This document shows, piece by piece, positions 1 through 13,088 of a stretch of 64,000 bases of DNA. Position numbers and translations under genes: made by a program. Position 1 is the first letter of the stretch. Each line of letters opens with the position of its first letter. The stretch covers positions 227,292,001 through 227,356,000 of the forward strand of contig OZ024741.1 in assembly GCA_964016885.1 (NCBI GenBank), written 5' to 3'. The notes beneath the pieces were generated by a model, which worked only from the letters and a program-made list of their open reading frames with translations, ran no database searches and was not told the DNA's origin. Source of the DNA: Eledone cirrhosa. Its lineage: Eukaryota.

Positions 1-16
1 ATTTCACGTAGATAGG

Positions 17-372
17 ACGGTGGATTGGCAGAATCAGTAGAGCCTCGGACAACATGCTTAGCGGCCCTTTATGGAGTTATGGCCCTTTACGTTCTGAGTT
101 CAAATCCTGCCGAGGTTAGCTTTGCCTTTCATCCTTATGGGGTTGATAATATAAAGTACGAGTAATGCACTGGGCTCGAGTTAATCGATTTTCCCCTTCT
201 CAACAAATTGTTGGCATTGTGCCTAAATCAGAAAGCATTATTTCACAATTATTCTGAGTTCAAATCCCGCCGAGATTAACTTTGCCTTTCATACTTACGA
301 GGTCGATAAAATAAAGTACCAGTAATGCACTGGGTAATTACTGGCTTTGGGCCAAAAGTAGAAACAATTATT
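17..372 (+). mobile_element. Two tandem tRNA-derived SINEs (Nin/Deu-like core); second is 5'-truncated
   Basis: GGTGGATTGGCAG head, B-box-like GAGTTCAAATCC, core CTTTGCCTTTCATCCTTA.GGGGTCGATAAAATAAAGTACCAGT, tail GGCCTTGTGCC.AAAGTAGAAACAATTATT; the same consensus recurs many times in the window. Confidence 0.85.
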
Positions 373-769
373 TCACGATTATTTTGTTTCAAATTTTTGG
401 TCGTCAAAATTATCTGCGTCCTCAAGGAATAAGCGTCTTCGGCGCTGGGAAATACGGTATACTTTCAAGTTTCCATCTTTGTATACAGTTAGCGTGTTGA
501 ATATACACTGTTTAGCACTTATTCTGCTTTCTCCCCTAACAATAAGACATATATAACATACGTTACCTACGTTATATTCCATTTTCTTTCTTTCCAGCAT
601 TTCCATATCCAAAATACTTTGTTAAAAAATACTAAAGTTGTTTTGCTGTATCCATTTTTTTTTATGTCGTGGCTATTTCTAAAATTAGTTTCATTTATAT
701 ATAGCAGATATTGCATGCATACATACAAATGTTCATACATACACACTCATACAGAGAAGCAGAGTTGTA

Positions 770-2823
770 TGACATAGATGATAACTGGAATTTCTTACGT
801 GACAACTTACTGCAGGCTACTGAAGAAACTTGAGGTTGGGACAGAGCTTCAACCAGACAGAGAGTGACCTGGTGATGGAACAGCACTGTAGATAGGGCCA
901 TTAGAGACAAAAGACTGGCATGGAAGGCTTGGAAAAATGGTGGGAATAGGGAAGGATGGATACACAGCTGCTAGGAGAGAAGCTAGACGTCAGGTGTACT
1001 TAGCACGCAAGGAAGCTGAGAGTAGGAGGTTTGCCAATGTTCTGTGACGGGAAGACCAGAGACGTGCGGTGTTCCGCATTGCAAAGCAGTGTGTCAGTGC
1101 AAATCAGGATGTTGTTGGAGATAAATGTGTCCGGAATGATGCCGGTGTACATAGTGTCACGAATGATGAAAAAAAGGAGGCCTGGAAATGTCACTCTGAG
1201 AGACTGATTAATGTGGAGAATGAATGGGACAGAGAGAAATTACCCCCAATAGATTCAACAGAGGGACCAGCTATTGAGATTGACGAATATAGGGTACAAG
1301 AGGCAATTAAAGAAATGAAGAATGGTAAGGCTGCTGGACCGTCGGGGATAGTTGCTGAGATGCTGAAGGCATCAGGTGAAGTAGGCATTAAACTGGTTGC
1401 ACGTATCATCAATCAAGTTATATATGGTGGTGTCATACCCAAAGACTGGTACAGCAGTATTCTCATAAATTGCTACAAAGGTAAAGGGGATGCTCTAGAG
1501 AGGAGCAATTATAGGGGCATAAAACTGATGGATCAGGTTATGAAAGTGGCAGAGAGAATATTAGCGCAACTGATTAGAGAAAGGGTCAAATTAGATGAGA
1601 TGCAGTTTGGTTTTGTGCCTCGGAAAAGTACAACAGATGCTCTCTTCTTAGTGAGGCAACTACAAGAGAAGTTCTTAGAGAAGAATAAGCCACTATACTT
1701 AGCCTTTGCTGACCCAGAGAAGGCCTTTGATAGGGTACCCCGATCTGTCATCTGGTGGTCCCTAAGGAAACTAAGTGTAGTGGATTGGCTTGTGAGGGCA
1801 GTGCAAGCTATGTGCAGGGATGCTGTCAGTAAAGTGAGAGTAGGTATGGATTTTAGTGAGGAATTCCAGATACAAGTAGGTGTACATCAGGTTTCGGTCC
1901 TCGGCCATGTTCGATATGTAGGAAAGGAACTGGCATAAATTACATAAAATGTACGCAATGCAGATCTTGGGTACACAAGAGATGTAGTGGGATAGCAGAC
2001 AAACTAACAGGTAGGGAAAACTACGTATGCAGTAGATGTACAGGGAAAGTTGGCAGTATTAATCGCAGTGAAAAACTGAATATAAGATGAATTAAATGTA
2101 GTAAGAGATAAAACTGCCGTTGTATGGATCTGTGATGATTAATCGCAGTGATAGACACATTTTTCCAATGCAGATGGGTTCTATAGAAGTGGTTGATAGC
2201 TTCTGGTACCTTGGTGATCAGATTAGCATGGGAGGGGGGGGGGGCTGTTCCGATGCCATAGTATCTAGAATAAGTACGGGTTGGAATAAGTTTAGGGAGC
2301 TGCTTCCTCTGTTGAAAAAGAAGGGTTTCTCCCTGCATACGAAAGGACGGTTATATGATGCATGTGTGAGATGCGCGATGCTGCATGTTAGTGAGATATG
2401 GGTGGCAACTGCGGAAGATATGCGACGGCTGGAGAGAAATGAAGCAAGTATGCTCCGTTGGATGTGCAATGTCAATGTACGTGAACGACTAAGCATGGAC
2501 GAGTTGAGAAAGAGACTGGGTATAAGAGGGATAAGTTGTGGTATGCAGGAGAGAAGGCTGAGATGGTATGGACATGTGACGCGCATGGAGGATGACAGCT
2601 GGGTAAAGAAGTGCCTAGAAATCCGAGTAGAAGGAAGACGAAGTAGAGGTAGACCACGTAAAGCATGAGCGGAGGTGGTGAGAGCAGACCTCAGATCGCT
2701 GATACTCACCGAGGAGATGACGAAGGACTGTGACAAATGGAGAGATGCTGTGCTGAATAGGACCCGTCTAACACTTGCAAGCAGGGAAAAGTGGACGTAA
2801 AATGATGATGATGATGATGATGA

Positions 2824-2826
<3 letters not shown>
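770..2826 (+). mobile_element. 5'-truncated, decayed RTE-clade LINE (RT) with (GAT)n tail
   Basis: ORF 1069-1938 has KAAGPSGI, NYRGIKL, QFGF, AFAD.EKAFDRV, GVHQ; ORF 2120-2668 has YLGD, RLRWYGHV.R, GRR.RGRP; (ATG)n tail at 2802-2826; stops, frameshifts and a missing YADD segment. Confidence 0.92.
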
Positions 2827-2870
<44 letters not shown>

Positions 2871-2884
2871 TCACACAAACATTT

Positions 2885-2974
<90 letters not shown>

Positions 2975-2979
<5 letters not shown>

Positions 2980-3200
2980 ATATCCAAAATTAAGATAATC
3001 AAAATTATGGGTGTCATGCCAGAAAGACATGCGCCATATCACCCGCAAAATAAGCTCTAAGATTCTAACGAATAGGTCCGAGCATTTTATAATAACGAGA
3101 AATTGATTAACATATAAATAAACATGAATAATCACAGGAGATAATTTTTACATGATTATTCATGTTTATTTATATGTTAATCAATTTCTAGTTATTATAT
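2975..3200. repeat. Dispersed repeat (other copies about 45560-45760 and 46140-46360) with fold-back 3' end
   Basis: ATCTATATCCAAAATTAAGATA...GGGTGTCATGCCA...CATGCGCCATATCACCCG...GGTCCGAGCATTTTAT present three times; 3095-3135 is inverted at 3150-3195. Confidence 0.8.
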
Positions 3201-3334
3201 ATATACATATATGTCTGTGTGTCTACCTGTCTATATACTGTATATATATATATGTATAGTATACTGTACAATACTGTTTTCTCTCTCCCCTTTCTTATGA
3301 TACATATCTCATCTTTAATATATATATATATATA

Positions 3335-3960
3335 CACAATGATATTAAATAAATGGAAACTATATTTATAAAACCATATATAATCTATTATATATATTTC
3401 AAGGGTACCAAAAACTTTGGTACGCTCTCATCAGATAAAATACAAAGAGTGTTTAATAAATTTTGACATAGCCAAGGAAACATACCTTATCAGTTGAATT
3501 TTCCTTGGGTAGTGAGATTAAAGAACGGATTTTTCAAACTTATGGATGAGTATGCAAATGAATATGTAAATAAGGTTGAGTTATATGACTGAAAAACCGT
3601 TATTTTAAACGTTATGGAAAGTTTATATATATTAGTAAGAGAGAAAGAAAGAAAAAAGAAAAAAAGAAAAAAAGAAAAAAGGAAAAAAAGGAAAAGGAAA
3701 AAGAAGACCACTTATATACGTTAATTTTGGGGAAATAAATTTGGATATTTACCTATATTATGTGTATATTTATATGGAGAATTATGTTTGTAAGTATTTA
3801 TCTTATAATATTGTAGTGGGTTAAATATATAAATATCTATATATATTTTAATAAAAGCATATGTATTTTTATTAAAAAGATAATTTGCAATTATTAGTTG
3901 TTTATAATATGAGTTACGAAGGGAGTTGATTTTGTGTTTTATGTAGATAAATAAATAGGT
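3335..3960 (-). mobile_element. PLE pLTR/3'UTR-like AT-rich module with hammerhead; inverted copy at 8140-8762
   Basis: Reverse complement of 8140-8762 over about 620 bp; contains a hammerhead motif. Confidence 0.75.
3384..3441 (-). ncRNA. Minimal type I hammerhead ribozyme motif
   Basis: Minus strand: TTTTAT CTGATGA GAGCGTACCAAAGTTTTTGGTACCCTT GAAA TATATATA ATAGA; stem II GTACCAAA/TTTGGTAC. Confidence 0.7.
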
Positions 3961-4334
3961 AGTTCAAGTTTTAGGTGGTTGTTTTTAATATGAGTTACGA
4001 GGGAAGTTCATTTTGTATTTTATGTAAATAAATAGGTAGTTAAAATTATGAATTTATAGATAACTTGTTCGGCTTTGAGAATGTTTTAAATTAACGGAGT
4101 TAGGTATAATAAGTTTATAGGATTGAGAAAGGAAAGATAACTCCAATTTTATTTGTTAATCGATACATTTTTTAAGAGTTAGTGTGAGATTAATTAATTA
4201 TTTAGTCGAAAGAAATATGAATGTTTAAACATCGTCTTGAATAGGATACATTTTCTGAAATTCAGTTAATGGTTATTAATCTACGTTTAAAAAAATAGCT
4301 TTAGAGGGTGTCATTGGAAAAATATAATGTAAAA

Positions 4335-4466
4335 ATTAAAGAATTAAAAAATTAAAAAATTAAAAAATTAAAAAATTAAAAAATTAAAAAATTAAAAAAT
4401 TAAAAAATTAAAAAATTAAAAAATTAAAAAATTAAAAAATTAAAAAATTAAAAAATTAAAATTAAA
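4335..4466. repeat. (AAAAATTA)n octamer tandem
   Basis: Direct reading. Confidence 0.95.
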
Positions 4467-4549
4467 ATTATATAGATATACATAAATATCTATAAATATC
4501 TATACACACATATATATATATATATATAAACAAATAAATAAATAAATAA

Positions 4550-4615
<66 letters not shown>

Positions 4616-4794
4616 GAAAGGTATAGAAAATATTGTAGCAAAAACCCAACAGTATTCCATATATATACAGCAATATCCACGTTAGTTGTGGGGTCTAGTC
4701 TACATGAAGAACTCAATGTAATCCATATGTTGAAAATGTTGTAGGTTAAAATAAATCCCGGAAAACAATAAAACATCAAAGGGAAACAGAGTCA

Positions 4795-5022
4795 TGATAT
4801 AAGTTAAAACAATGAAATAAAAATTCAAGTCATTAGGAATATACTTCACTGCTTTACGATCGTTTCTAGGTGATACATCGTACGCATATTTCGTTATCGA
4901 TCTATGTAAGGTTAGTTACAAAATATCAAATAAGGAATATATTTACCTACGTGTATATCGTCAGCCGTTGTCAAAAGCAATGTACATGTATGTGTGTGTA
5001 TATGTATATATGTATGTATATG

Positions 5023-5106
<84 letters not shown>

Positions 5107-6220
5107 CGTGTATGTACGTATATGTATATATCTATGTATGCGTATGTATGTTTTTAATGGAGTATCTATGTAATTATACCTCTATCTATATATGTGAGTA
5201 TATGTACTTTTGTGATCTAAGAAAATTATGCGTTTTGGCTATATGTCAACATGCATTTATCTGGGATTGATTACTTATACATAGACCCACTTGAAAATAT
5301 TTACTATTTTATATTTTATGATACATCATACGCTATACTATACTTACTATACACAATGTACCATAATGCACTATATTATATTACATTATATTATATTATT
5401 ATATTATTGTATTTTAGGGCGGTGAATTGGCAGTATCGATAAAGGGTCGGACATCATGCTTTGACGCATAGAGTTACGGCCCTTGCCATTCTGAGTTCAA
5501 ATCCCGCCGAGGTTGACTTTGCCTTTCAATCCTTACGGGGTAGATAAAATAAAGAACCAGTAATACACTGGATAATTGCTGGCCTTGTGCCTAAAGTAGA
5601 AACAATTATTGTATTTTATTATCTTATTATAATTTTCATCTTATGACTATCCTTCCTAGTTATGACCATTACTTTACCTATCTATATTTATCCTAGTTAT
5701 TTCCGTATATTTTATATTTCTTTATTTATATTCACCTAAAAACTCCATACAACACAACTCAACATATAATTTTTACATCCTTTTTTAAACTTCACTCCAC
5801 CATCTACATTCCACTATCAATATAACAATCCCTTTTCTTCATAGGTTCTTCATAGTAATTCTATTTTTAACACCATTCAACCATTCCTTTCAAAAGGTCA
5901 CGACCTTAACTAAAGTGAATTATATTTCGTCTTAACATCATATGGCAAAAAACCATTTGATTGGTTTGTTCTTCAGCTACCTCCAAATAAGGTCATAGAA
6001 CTCAATTTACTATTGATTTTGAATAACATTTTCATTGCTTTTGACAACGGCTGACGATATACACGTAGGTAAATATATTCCTTATTTGATATTTTGTAAC
6101 TAACCTTACATAGATCGATAACGAAATATGCGTACGATGTATTATTATCACCTATAAAGGATCGTAAAACAGTGAAGCATATTCCTAATGCCTTGAATTT
6201 TTATTTCATTGTTTTAACAT
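4795..6220. repeat. Inverted repeat pair 4795-4982 / 6033-6220, each arm with a long-stem-II hammerhead-like motif; SINE at 5416-5610 inside
   Basis: 6051 CTGACGA ... 6123 GAAA TATGCGTA; reverse complement at 4875-4972. Confidence 0.7.
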
Positions 6221-6249
6221 ATATATATTAATATATATATATATATATA

Positions 6250-6378
6250 AGTATATAAGTTTTAATATAGATGAGATTATACAGGACTAGAATTATTTCA
6301 TTCTTTAGAAATCATCAGGAATCTATGAAGCAGTTCTAGTCCTGTAGAATCTCATCTATATTAAAACTTACATACTCT
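6250..6378. repeat. Fold-back hairpin of a hammerhead-bearing PLE terminal repeat (related degenerate copy 27030-27175)
   Basis: 6251-6300 is inverted at 6325-6377; minus strand CTGATGA TTTCTAAAGAAT GAAA; shares GTTCTAGTCCTGTAGAA...TTGAGTACCTTACTTA with 27070-27145. Confidence 0.65.
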
Positions 6379-6616
6379 GCAATGTATTGAGTACCTTACT
6401 TATTGTGGTTACCTCCGATTCAACCCGGAATAAACGTATCCTCTATCGATTTTAAATCGTATGGTTGATTGTAGACTTGTTCTATATGTGACGGTATTTT
6501 AACGATAGTTATAGCTCTGATTCATCTGAATTATTGAGCCCTCTGCCGCTCATGTCGAATTCGTTTATCGTGAACTCGTGCGCCGATTTTTCGATACTCG
6601 ATCTTTCTAATATATA

Positions 6617-6647
<31 letters not shown>

Positions 6648-6648
<1 letters not shown>

Positions 6649-7720
6649 GTTAAAAGAATAGAGGTGTAACACACAAGTTATTATATATTGGTAAACGGAA
6701 TAGAAAATGCTGACAAATTGTTCACAGTTGAAAAATAGTTTAATTAGGAATAAAAGACTATTAGTAATTGTATTGGTTAGTATTCAGTTGTGGTTTTAAG
6801 TTTTTACCGGTTGCGCATTTCTAAATGCTTTTCAAAAATAATTTTGAGATAGAGCGTCCATGTTGTTAGCTCTGATCTGATTAGTTTTGGGAATTCTACC
6901 TGTTTTTATGTTAAAAAAGTGGCTCCAGCACTACTTGGTGTTGCAAAAATTCTTGTGGTCAAAACAATTTTGATTGGTCGGTAGAGGTCATGTGAATGTA
7001 AAAAATTGATTTTGCGCCAAGACTGAGAAATGACTCTTTCACAACAAATATGTGTGTGTGTGTGTGTGTGTGTGTGTAGTAGTAGTAAAGTGTTCGATGT
7101 TGTGACAATGGTCTTGGCGCAAAATCAATTTTCTTTATCTGAAAACGTGTGTTGAAACCGATAGTGTTATACTTTGGGAGGGTCATGTTGCCAATAAGAA
7201 AGACACGCACCAGTTGCTTTCACTTCAATTTATTATAAAAAATTTATAAATTTAGGAATTTATAAATTTTCGGTTGGTTGTTGGGTCCACAACCAGATGA
7301 TTGTTTATATATTGTCAAAGTTCTTTCGTCACACATTCTGTGACCTCTTCAGTGACTGGGGATTCTTTTCTTTGTTTTTGTGCCTCTCCTTTGTTCTGTC
7401 CTACGCCATCTTGTTTTTGTGTGTGTGTTGTGTGCTTAGTTTGCGCATGTGTTACATCCGGGTGTCTGTGTGTGTTTATATTCGTTTATTTATTTGTTTA
7501 TTTACATGTTTACTGGTTGGTTGTTTGTTCTATGTGCGTGTGTGTGTTTTCATTTTGTCCTTAATTGTAAGTTGTGATGTTGCTGTTCCACTCATGTTTT
7601 CTATTTAATTTTGGTTGGAGTTAATTTATGTTTATTGCCTCTGTGATTTTTCTAAACATTGCGTCTTTTCTGTGTGTAGATTCTATTTTTATTTCTATGT
7701 TCTCTAATTTACCCATATGT
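6648..7720 (-). mobile_element. Composite PLE 3' end (GIY-YIG tail, 3'UTR with hammerhead, adjacent repeat); paralogue of 52296-54110
   Basis: 6648-7135 matches 52296-53035; 7167-7720 matches 53548-54100. Confidence 0.8.
7314..7356 (-). ncRNA. Minimal hammerhead ribozyme motif
   Basis: GTCA CTGAAGA G GTCACA GAATG TGTGAC GAAA GAACTT TGAC: stem I GTCA/TGAC, stem II GTCACA/TGTGAC; paralogue at 53704-53746 has a disrupted stem II. Confidence 0.8.
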
Positions 7721-7722
7721 TC

Positions 7723-8115
7723 TTAGAATATGATTTTATAGTTATTCTCTATTTCTAACTTAAGGTTATAATTATTGAAGAATTGTATTATGGATTTTCT
7801 TTTGCTATTAATTTCACAATTACTATGGTTTTCAATTAAAAGCAGCATATCATCACGATATAAATCACCGGTCATCTCTGGCATTTTCCTATGCAGTGTA
7901 TTATTAATAAATAAGCCCACAAGATCCGTTATTTGCGCCGAGCGTGATAATCCCATAGTGATATCAAAATTATTTTTTCTATCGGCTCTTGTCCAGAGAT
8001 GATTGTTGAATTCTATTAAAGTTTTCCGTGCTGTTAGAATGATATGCATTTCATCACTAGATAAATCTGTATGTTTAGATGCGTAGATAAGAGCCCTATT
8101 AAGTAAATTAGGAGT
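7723..8115 (-). pseudogene. Naiad-type PLE reverse transcriptase fragment
   Basis: FDITMG.S..AQITDLVGLFI ... LYRDD, homologous to the 49689-50351 region. Confidence 0.8.
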
Positions 8116-8654
8116 AAACTAGGAGTATTTATTTATTTATTTATTGAATTATCTATATAAAACACAAAATCAACTCCCTTCGTAACTCATATTATAAACA
8201 ACTAATAATTGCAAATTATCTTTTTAATAAAAATACATATGCTATTATTAAAATATATACAGATATTTATATATTTAACCCACTACAATATTATAAGATA
8301 AATACTTACAAACATAATTCTCCATATAAATACACATATAATATAAGTAAATATTCAAATTTATTTCCCCCAAATTAACGTATATAAGTGGTCTTCTTTT
8401 TCCTTTTCCTTCTTCCTCTTCTTTTTCCTTTACCTTTATTTCCTTTTTTCTTTTTTTTCTTACTAATATATATAAACTTTCCATAGCGTTTAAAATAACG
8501 GTTTTTCAATCATATAACTCAACCTTATTTACATATTCATTTGCATACTCATCCATACGTTTGAAAAATTCGTTCTTTAATCTCACTACCCAAGGAAAAT
8601 TCAACTGATAAGGTATGTTTCCTTGGCTATGTCAAAATTTATTAAACACTCTTT

Positions 8655-8716
8655 GTATTTTATCTGATGAAAGCGTATCAAAGTTTTTGGTACCCTTGAA
8701 ATATATATAATAGAAT
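8655..8716 (+). ncRNA. Minimal hammerhead ribozyme motif
   Basis: TTTTAT CTGATGA AAGCGTATCAAAGTTTTTGGTACCCTT GAAA TATATATA ATAGAAT. Confidence 0.7.
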
Positions 8717-8851
8717 AAATATGGTTTTATAAATATAGTTTCCATTTATTTAATATCATTGAATATTTACTCCAGAAATTTGTCGAGTGCTCTGAATCAG
8801 TTATAAACATTTATATTTGTTGAATTTCCAACAAATTAAATATCCCTTCTA

Positions 8852-8949
<98 letters not shown>

Positions 8950-9269
8950 AGTATTGGTGTTCCAATACAGCGTTATACACATATATGGATGTGCTGAATA
9001 TAGAACAATATACAGGAGGTTTATGAAAAACATTTGACAGAGCCTTCTGCTTTGAATTTTTAAGGTTGTGGCCACCATCATACATCCTTAGTCTCAGCAA
9101 AAACAAAGGAGTAGTAACAGACAACGTTGTTTCTCGCTTATACCATTTTCCAAACGTCGTAAAGCCAATAACTATATTTTATGGGCAACCCCACCACGTT
9201 AATTTTCATACGAGAGTAAATGAAATAAAATTTGCTTTAGGGATATAATTTTATCATATGGAGTGGGGT

Positions 9270-10035
9270 AGACAAATCTTAGCTATGCAGACGATCTGGC
9301 CATCATGACTTACTCTAGAACTGATCTGCAATGCTTCTGAATGTACTGGCCAAACACTCGCTGGAGGCTGGCTTACACATCAACGTCTCCAAAACAAAGT
9401 GTATGACAACTGATAAAAACAATGCCAATCTCCAACTCACAATCCACAACCAGCAAATTGCTCAAGTTACGGAGTTTGTATATCTCGGTCACAAACTATC
9501 CTCAAACAACAATGGAATGGTTGCTGCACAGTATTGCACCGCTCTAGGTTGGGAAGCTTCCAACAAGAACAAGAAAGTACTAACATCAAAATGAGTTTCC
9601 TATCATTTGAAGGTTAAGATCTTTGATACTTACATTCTACCAGTTGTGTTATATGGTCTTGACTGTGTTAATTGGATGGCAAGGTCACTTCAGAAGCTCT
9701 CTACATTCTAGAACCATATCATGAGACTTATGACTGGCAAGCGGCTCAGTGACCGTATCTGTATCAGTGAGCTGCTCAACATTACCAAACTTAGACCAAT
9801 TACATCAATTGTCAAGTCAAGAGTACTCAAACTATACGATCATATAAAAAGATCAACTCGTGGTTGGAAGGTTGACTGGTAAAAGAAGCAGAGGCCGATA
9901 GCCAAAACGATGGCTTGATAATCTCAACTTATGGACTGGACTTGATCTTTACTCTTAGAACTCTGCTGTTGTTGATCGAACTTTTTGGATATCTCATGTT
10001 GATGCGCAGTCTGCAACTGGCGGAGTTTAGCGTCA
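9270..10035 (+). mobile_element. 5'-truncated decayed non-LTR retrotransposon (RTE-like) RT C-terminal half
   Basis: LSYADDLAI at about 9278, GLHINVSKTKCM, FVYLG, ILPVVLYGLD; several stops. Confidence 0.85.
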
Positions 10036-10799
10036 CAAGAAGACATATTATATATATTTTGTTTTAGTAAAAGCCGTTATCTCAGTATTGTTTAATGGAT
10101 CCCACTATAAACACTGCTCTGTAATATTGGTATCAAACCAAGAGACAGGGAAAAGAGAAAAGGTAAGACCCTTTAACTTCTAAAGAAGATATAGGGGGCC
10201 GCCCTGTCACATGTCTTGGGCATTTCAAGTCAGGATACAACTGATTTCTTCTGGGGAGAAGGGGAGAGAGAGATTGTGAGAGAGAGAGAGAGAGAGAGAA
10301 GAACCGACTCATGTACTAGACAGGAAGTCTATTTATTAATCTTAAAATGATGAAAGGCAAAGTAGACTTCGGCAGGATTTGAACTCAAGAGCGCAGTAAC
10401 CGGAACAATTACTAAGGCATTCAATCCAACCCACATTCCCAATTCGAAAAGGACGTATCTTCAAATAAAAGTCATAAATACACATATCCAGTTCAGAAAC
10501 AAATAGTTAAACTAATTTTAGGAGACATGAACGATACAAATGATTGGTGCTGCTGTATTTCTGTCTTGACTTATTGACGTCAGCTCACGCCTCTTACATC
10601 TCACTTAAATTATAATCGATTTCTTACATGCTACAGGACGGTAAGTATGTAGGCCGACATACGTATTAGCTTATTGAATGGATCACAATGCACACCGAAA
10701 ATGTAAATTTTCTTTTCAGTATATGACTGCATTGATGAGACACATATGTCGAAACGAGAGCACTCATCTGCAGATTTAGTATTATTATTTGAATTGGCA

Positions 10800-11815
10800 G
10801 TATGGCGGTGGATTGGCAGTATCGGTAGAGGGTCGGACGCCATGCTTTCCAGCATAGTTACGTCCCTTTACGATCTGAGTTCAAATCCCGCTGAAGTTGA
10901 CTTTGCCTTTCATCCTTACGGGGTCGATAAATTAAAGTACCAGTAATGCACTGGGTAATTGCTGGCCTTGTGCCTAAAGTAGAAAACATAATTTGAATTG
11001 GCAGTATCGGTAGAGGGTCGGACGCCATGCTTTCGAGCATAGTTACGTCCCTTTACGATCTGAGTTCAACTCCCGCCGAGGTTAACTTTACCTTTCATCC
11101 TTACGGGTTCGATAAAATAAAGTACCAGTAACGTACTGGGGTCGATTTAATCGACTTTCCCCTCCCCTCAAATTACTGGCCTTGTGCCATTACTAGAAAT
11201 CCTTATTAAATACTTACGGTGGATTGACAGTATCGGTAGAGGACCGGACGCCATACTTTGCAGTATAGAGTTACGGTCCTTTATGATCTGAGTTCAAATC
11301 CTACCGAGGTTAATTTTGCCTTTCGGGGACGATAAAATAAAGTATGGATAATTGCTGGCCTTGTGCCAAAAGTAGAAACAATTATTAAATACTTACAGAG
11401 CGAGGGGTTGGTAGAGTCATTAGGGCGTGGGACGAATGCATACCGACTCGTTACCATCTGAGTTTAAATGTCGATGAGGTCAACTTTGCCTTTCATCATA
11501 TCGGGGTATATAATATAAAGTACCAGTAAAGTACTGGAGTAGATATAAAATTTGCTAGCCTTGTGCCAAATTTAGAAACTATTATTAAATACATACAAAG
11601 GTGGTGGATTGGCAGTATCGTTAGAGCGTCGGATAAAATGATTTGCGGTATTTTGTTACGACTTTCTACGCTTGAGTTTAAATCTCGTCGAGGTCACATT
11701 TGTTTTTCATCCTTCCGAGATCGATAAAGTACCAGTTAATTATTGCGGTCGATAGAGTCGGCTTTCTCCTTACCGCAAATTGCTGGCCTCGTGCCTATGT
11801 TAGAAATCTTTATTA
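10800..11815 (+). mobile_element. Head-to-tail array of five SINE copies
   Basis: Copies at about 10800, 10995, 11215, 11400 and 11598, separated by ATTTGAATTGGCAGTAT or ATTAAATAC(T/A)TAC duplications. Confidence 0.85.
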
Positions 11816-12551
11816 AATATATACAAATAATTTTGTTTCCATTTACTTGTATTTCCCTGTCTATATTTCTCAACATATAGTATTATTTTGAAATAAATTG
11901 TGGAACTGATATTTTATATAGAACACTGAATATAATCTTTGCAGCATTTTATTACGTCCCTTTATATTCCGTATTCCCACATCTCACTGGTGTTAACTTT
12001 ACTATTCCTTCTTCTGGAGTTGATAAAACGTTTAGCAGTAAATTGATGGGGTGTTTAGTTCATTAGAAAACTACTTGCCAACACTTAATGGAGCTTACAC
12101 GTGGGCGCTTCTGGGCCCTCTAGAAATAACGGCCAAATCTATTTCAAACCACAAGTTAAAAATGGAAGAGCACATGTAGACTTGATATATTTTACTTATA
12201 CAAATACAAAATGACCATTTCTGGAATGATTTTGTGCATAGGTTTATTTAATCAGGGCTAACCAAGTGTTAAATAACGACAACAAAAACACAGAAAGTAC
12301 TTTACGGCAATGTGCCAAATAGTAGAAAAACATATTTAATATTTATACTTTTTTTGTTTTCTAATCATATTCACGTTTATTTCCCTTTTAATTCACGTCT
12401 TCTGGCTGCTATATTTATTGTTCTGTTTATTAGTAACATCTGCAACAGGCGAAATTGTACCTTTTACCGGAGTGGTATAACTAAATAAAAAATAATAACT
12501 TACACATATCAACAACACCAGCAACAATAACAACAATGGTAGAAGCAGCAG

Positions 12552-12586
<35 letters not shown>

Positions 12587-12895
12587 CAGCCAATGGTAAA
12601 TACAAGAGATATACTTACAACAACAATAACAACAACAATAGCAAAATTTAACTAACGTTAATATTACACTCATGTCTTCGTTTCTGACAAACGGAAATTG
12701 ATTCTTTAACAATGGCGTTCCACCATATCCGATTGTCGCACTAAAATTTGTGCTATTAACATGTATGTATTTGAGAGGTATATGTATGTATATACACACA
12801 CGCTCGCACTCACACGCACACACACACACACACACACATACATATATACATATATCTACATATATATCTATATATATATATATATATATATACAT

Positions 12896-12978
<83 letters not shown>

Positions 12979-13021
12979 CATATATCTACATATATATCTC
13001 TCTCTCTCTATATATATATAT

Positions 13022-13088
<67 letters not shown>

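Noticed and set aside
4700-4744. ATGAAGA...GAAA hammerhead-like motif (related sequence at 17285-17325)
   Set aside because: Non-compensated position 3 and weak stem II
10800-11815. CRISPR-like repeat/spacer appearance of SINE arrays and minisatellites
   Set aside because: Units are about 200-bp SINEs or degenerate tandem repeats in eukaryotic DNA; no unique spacers and no cas genes
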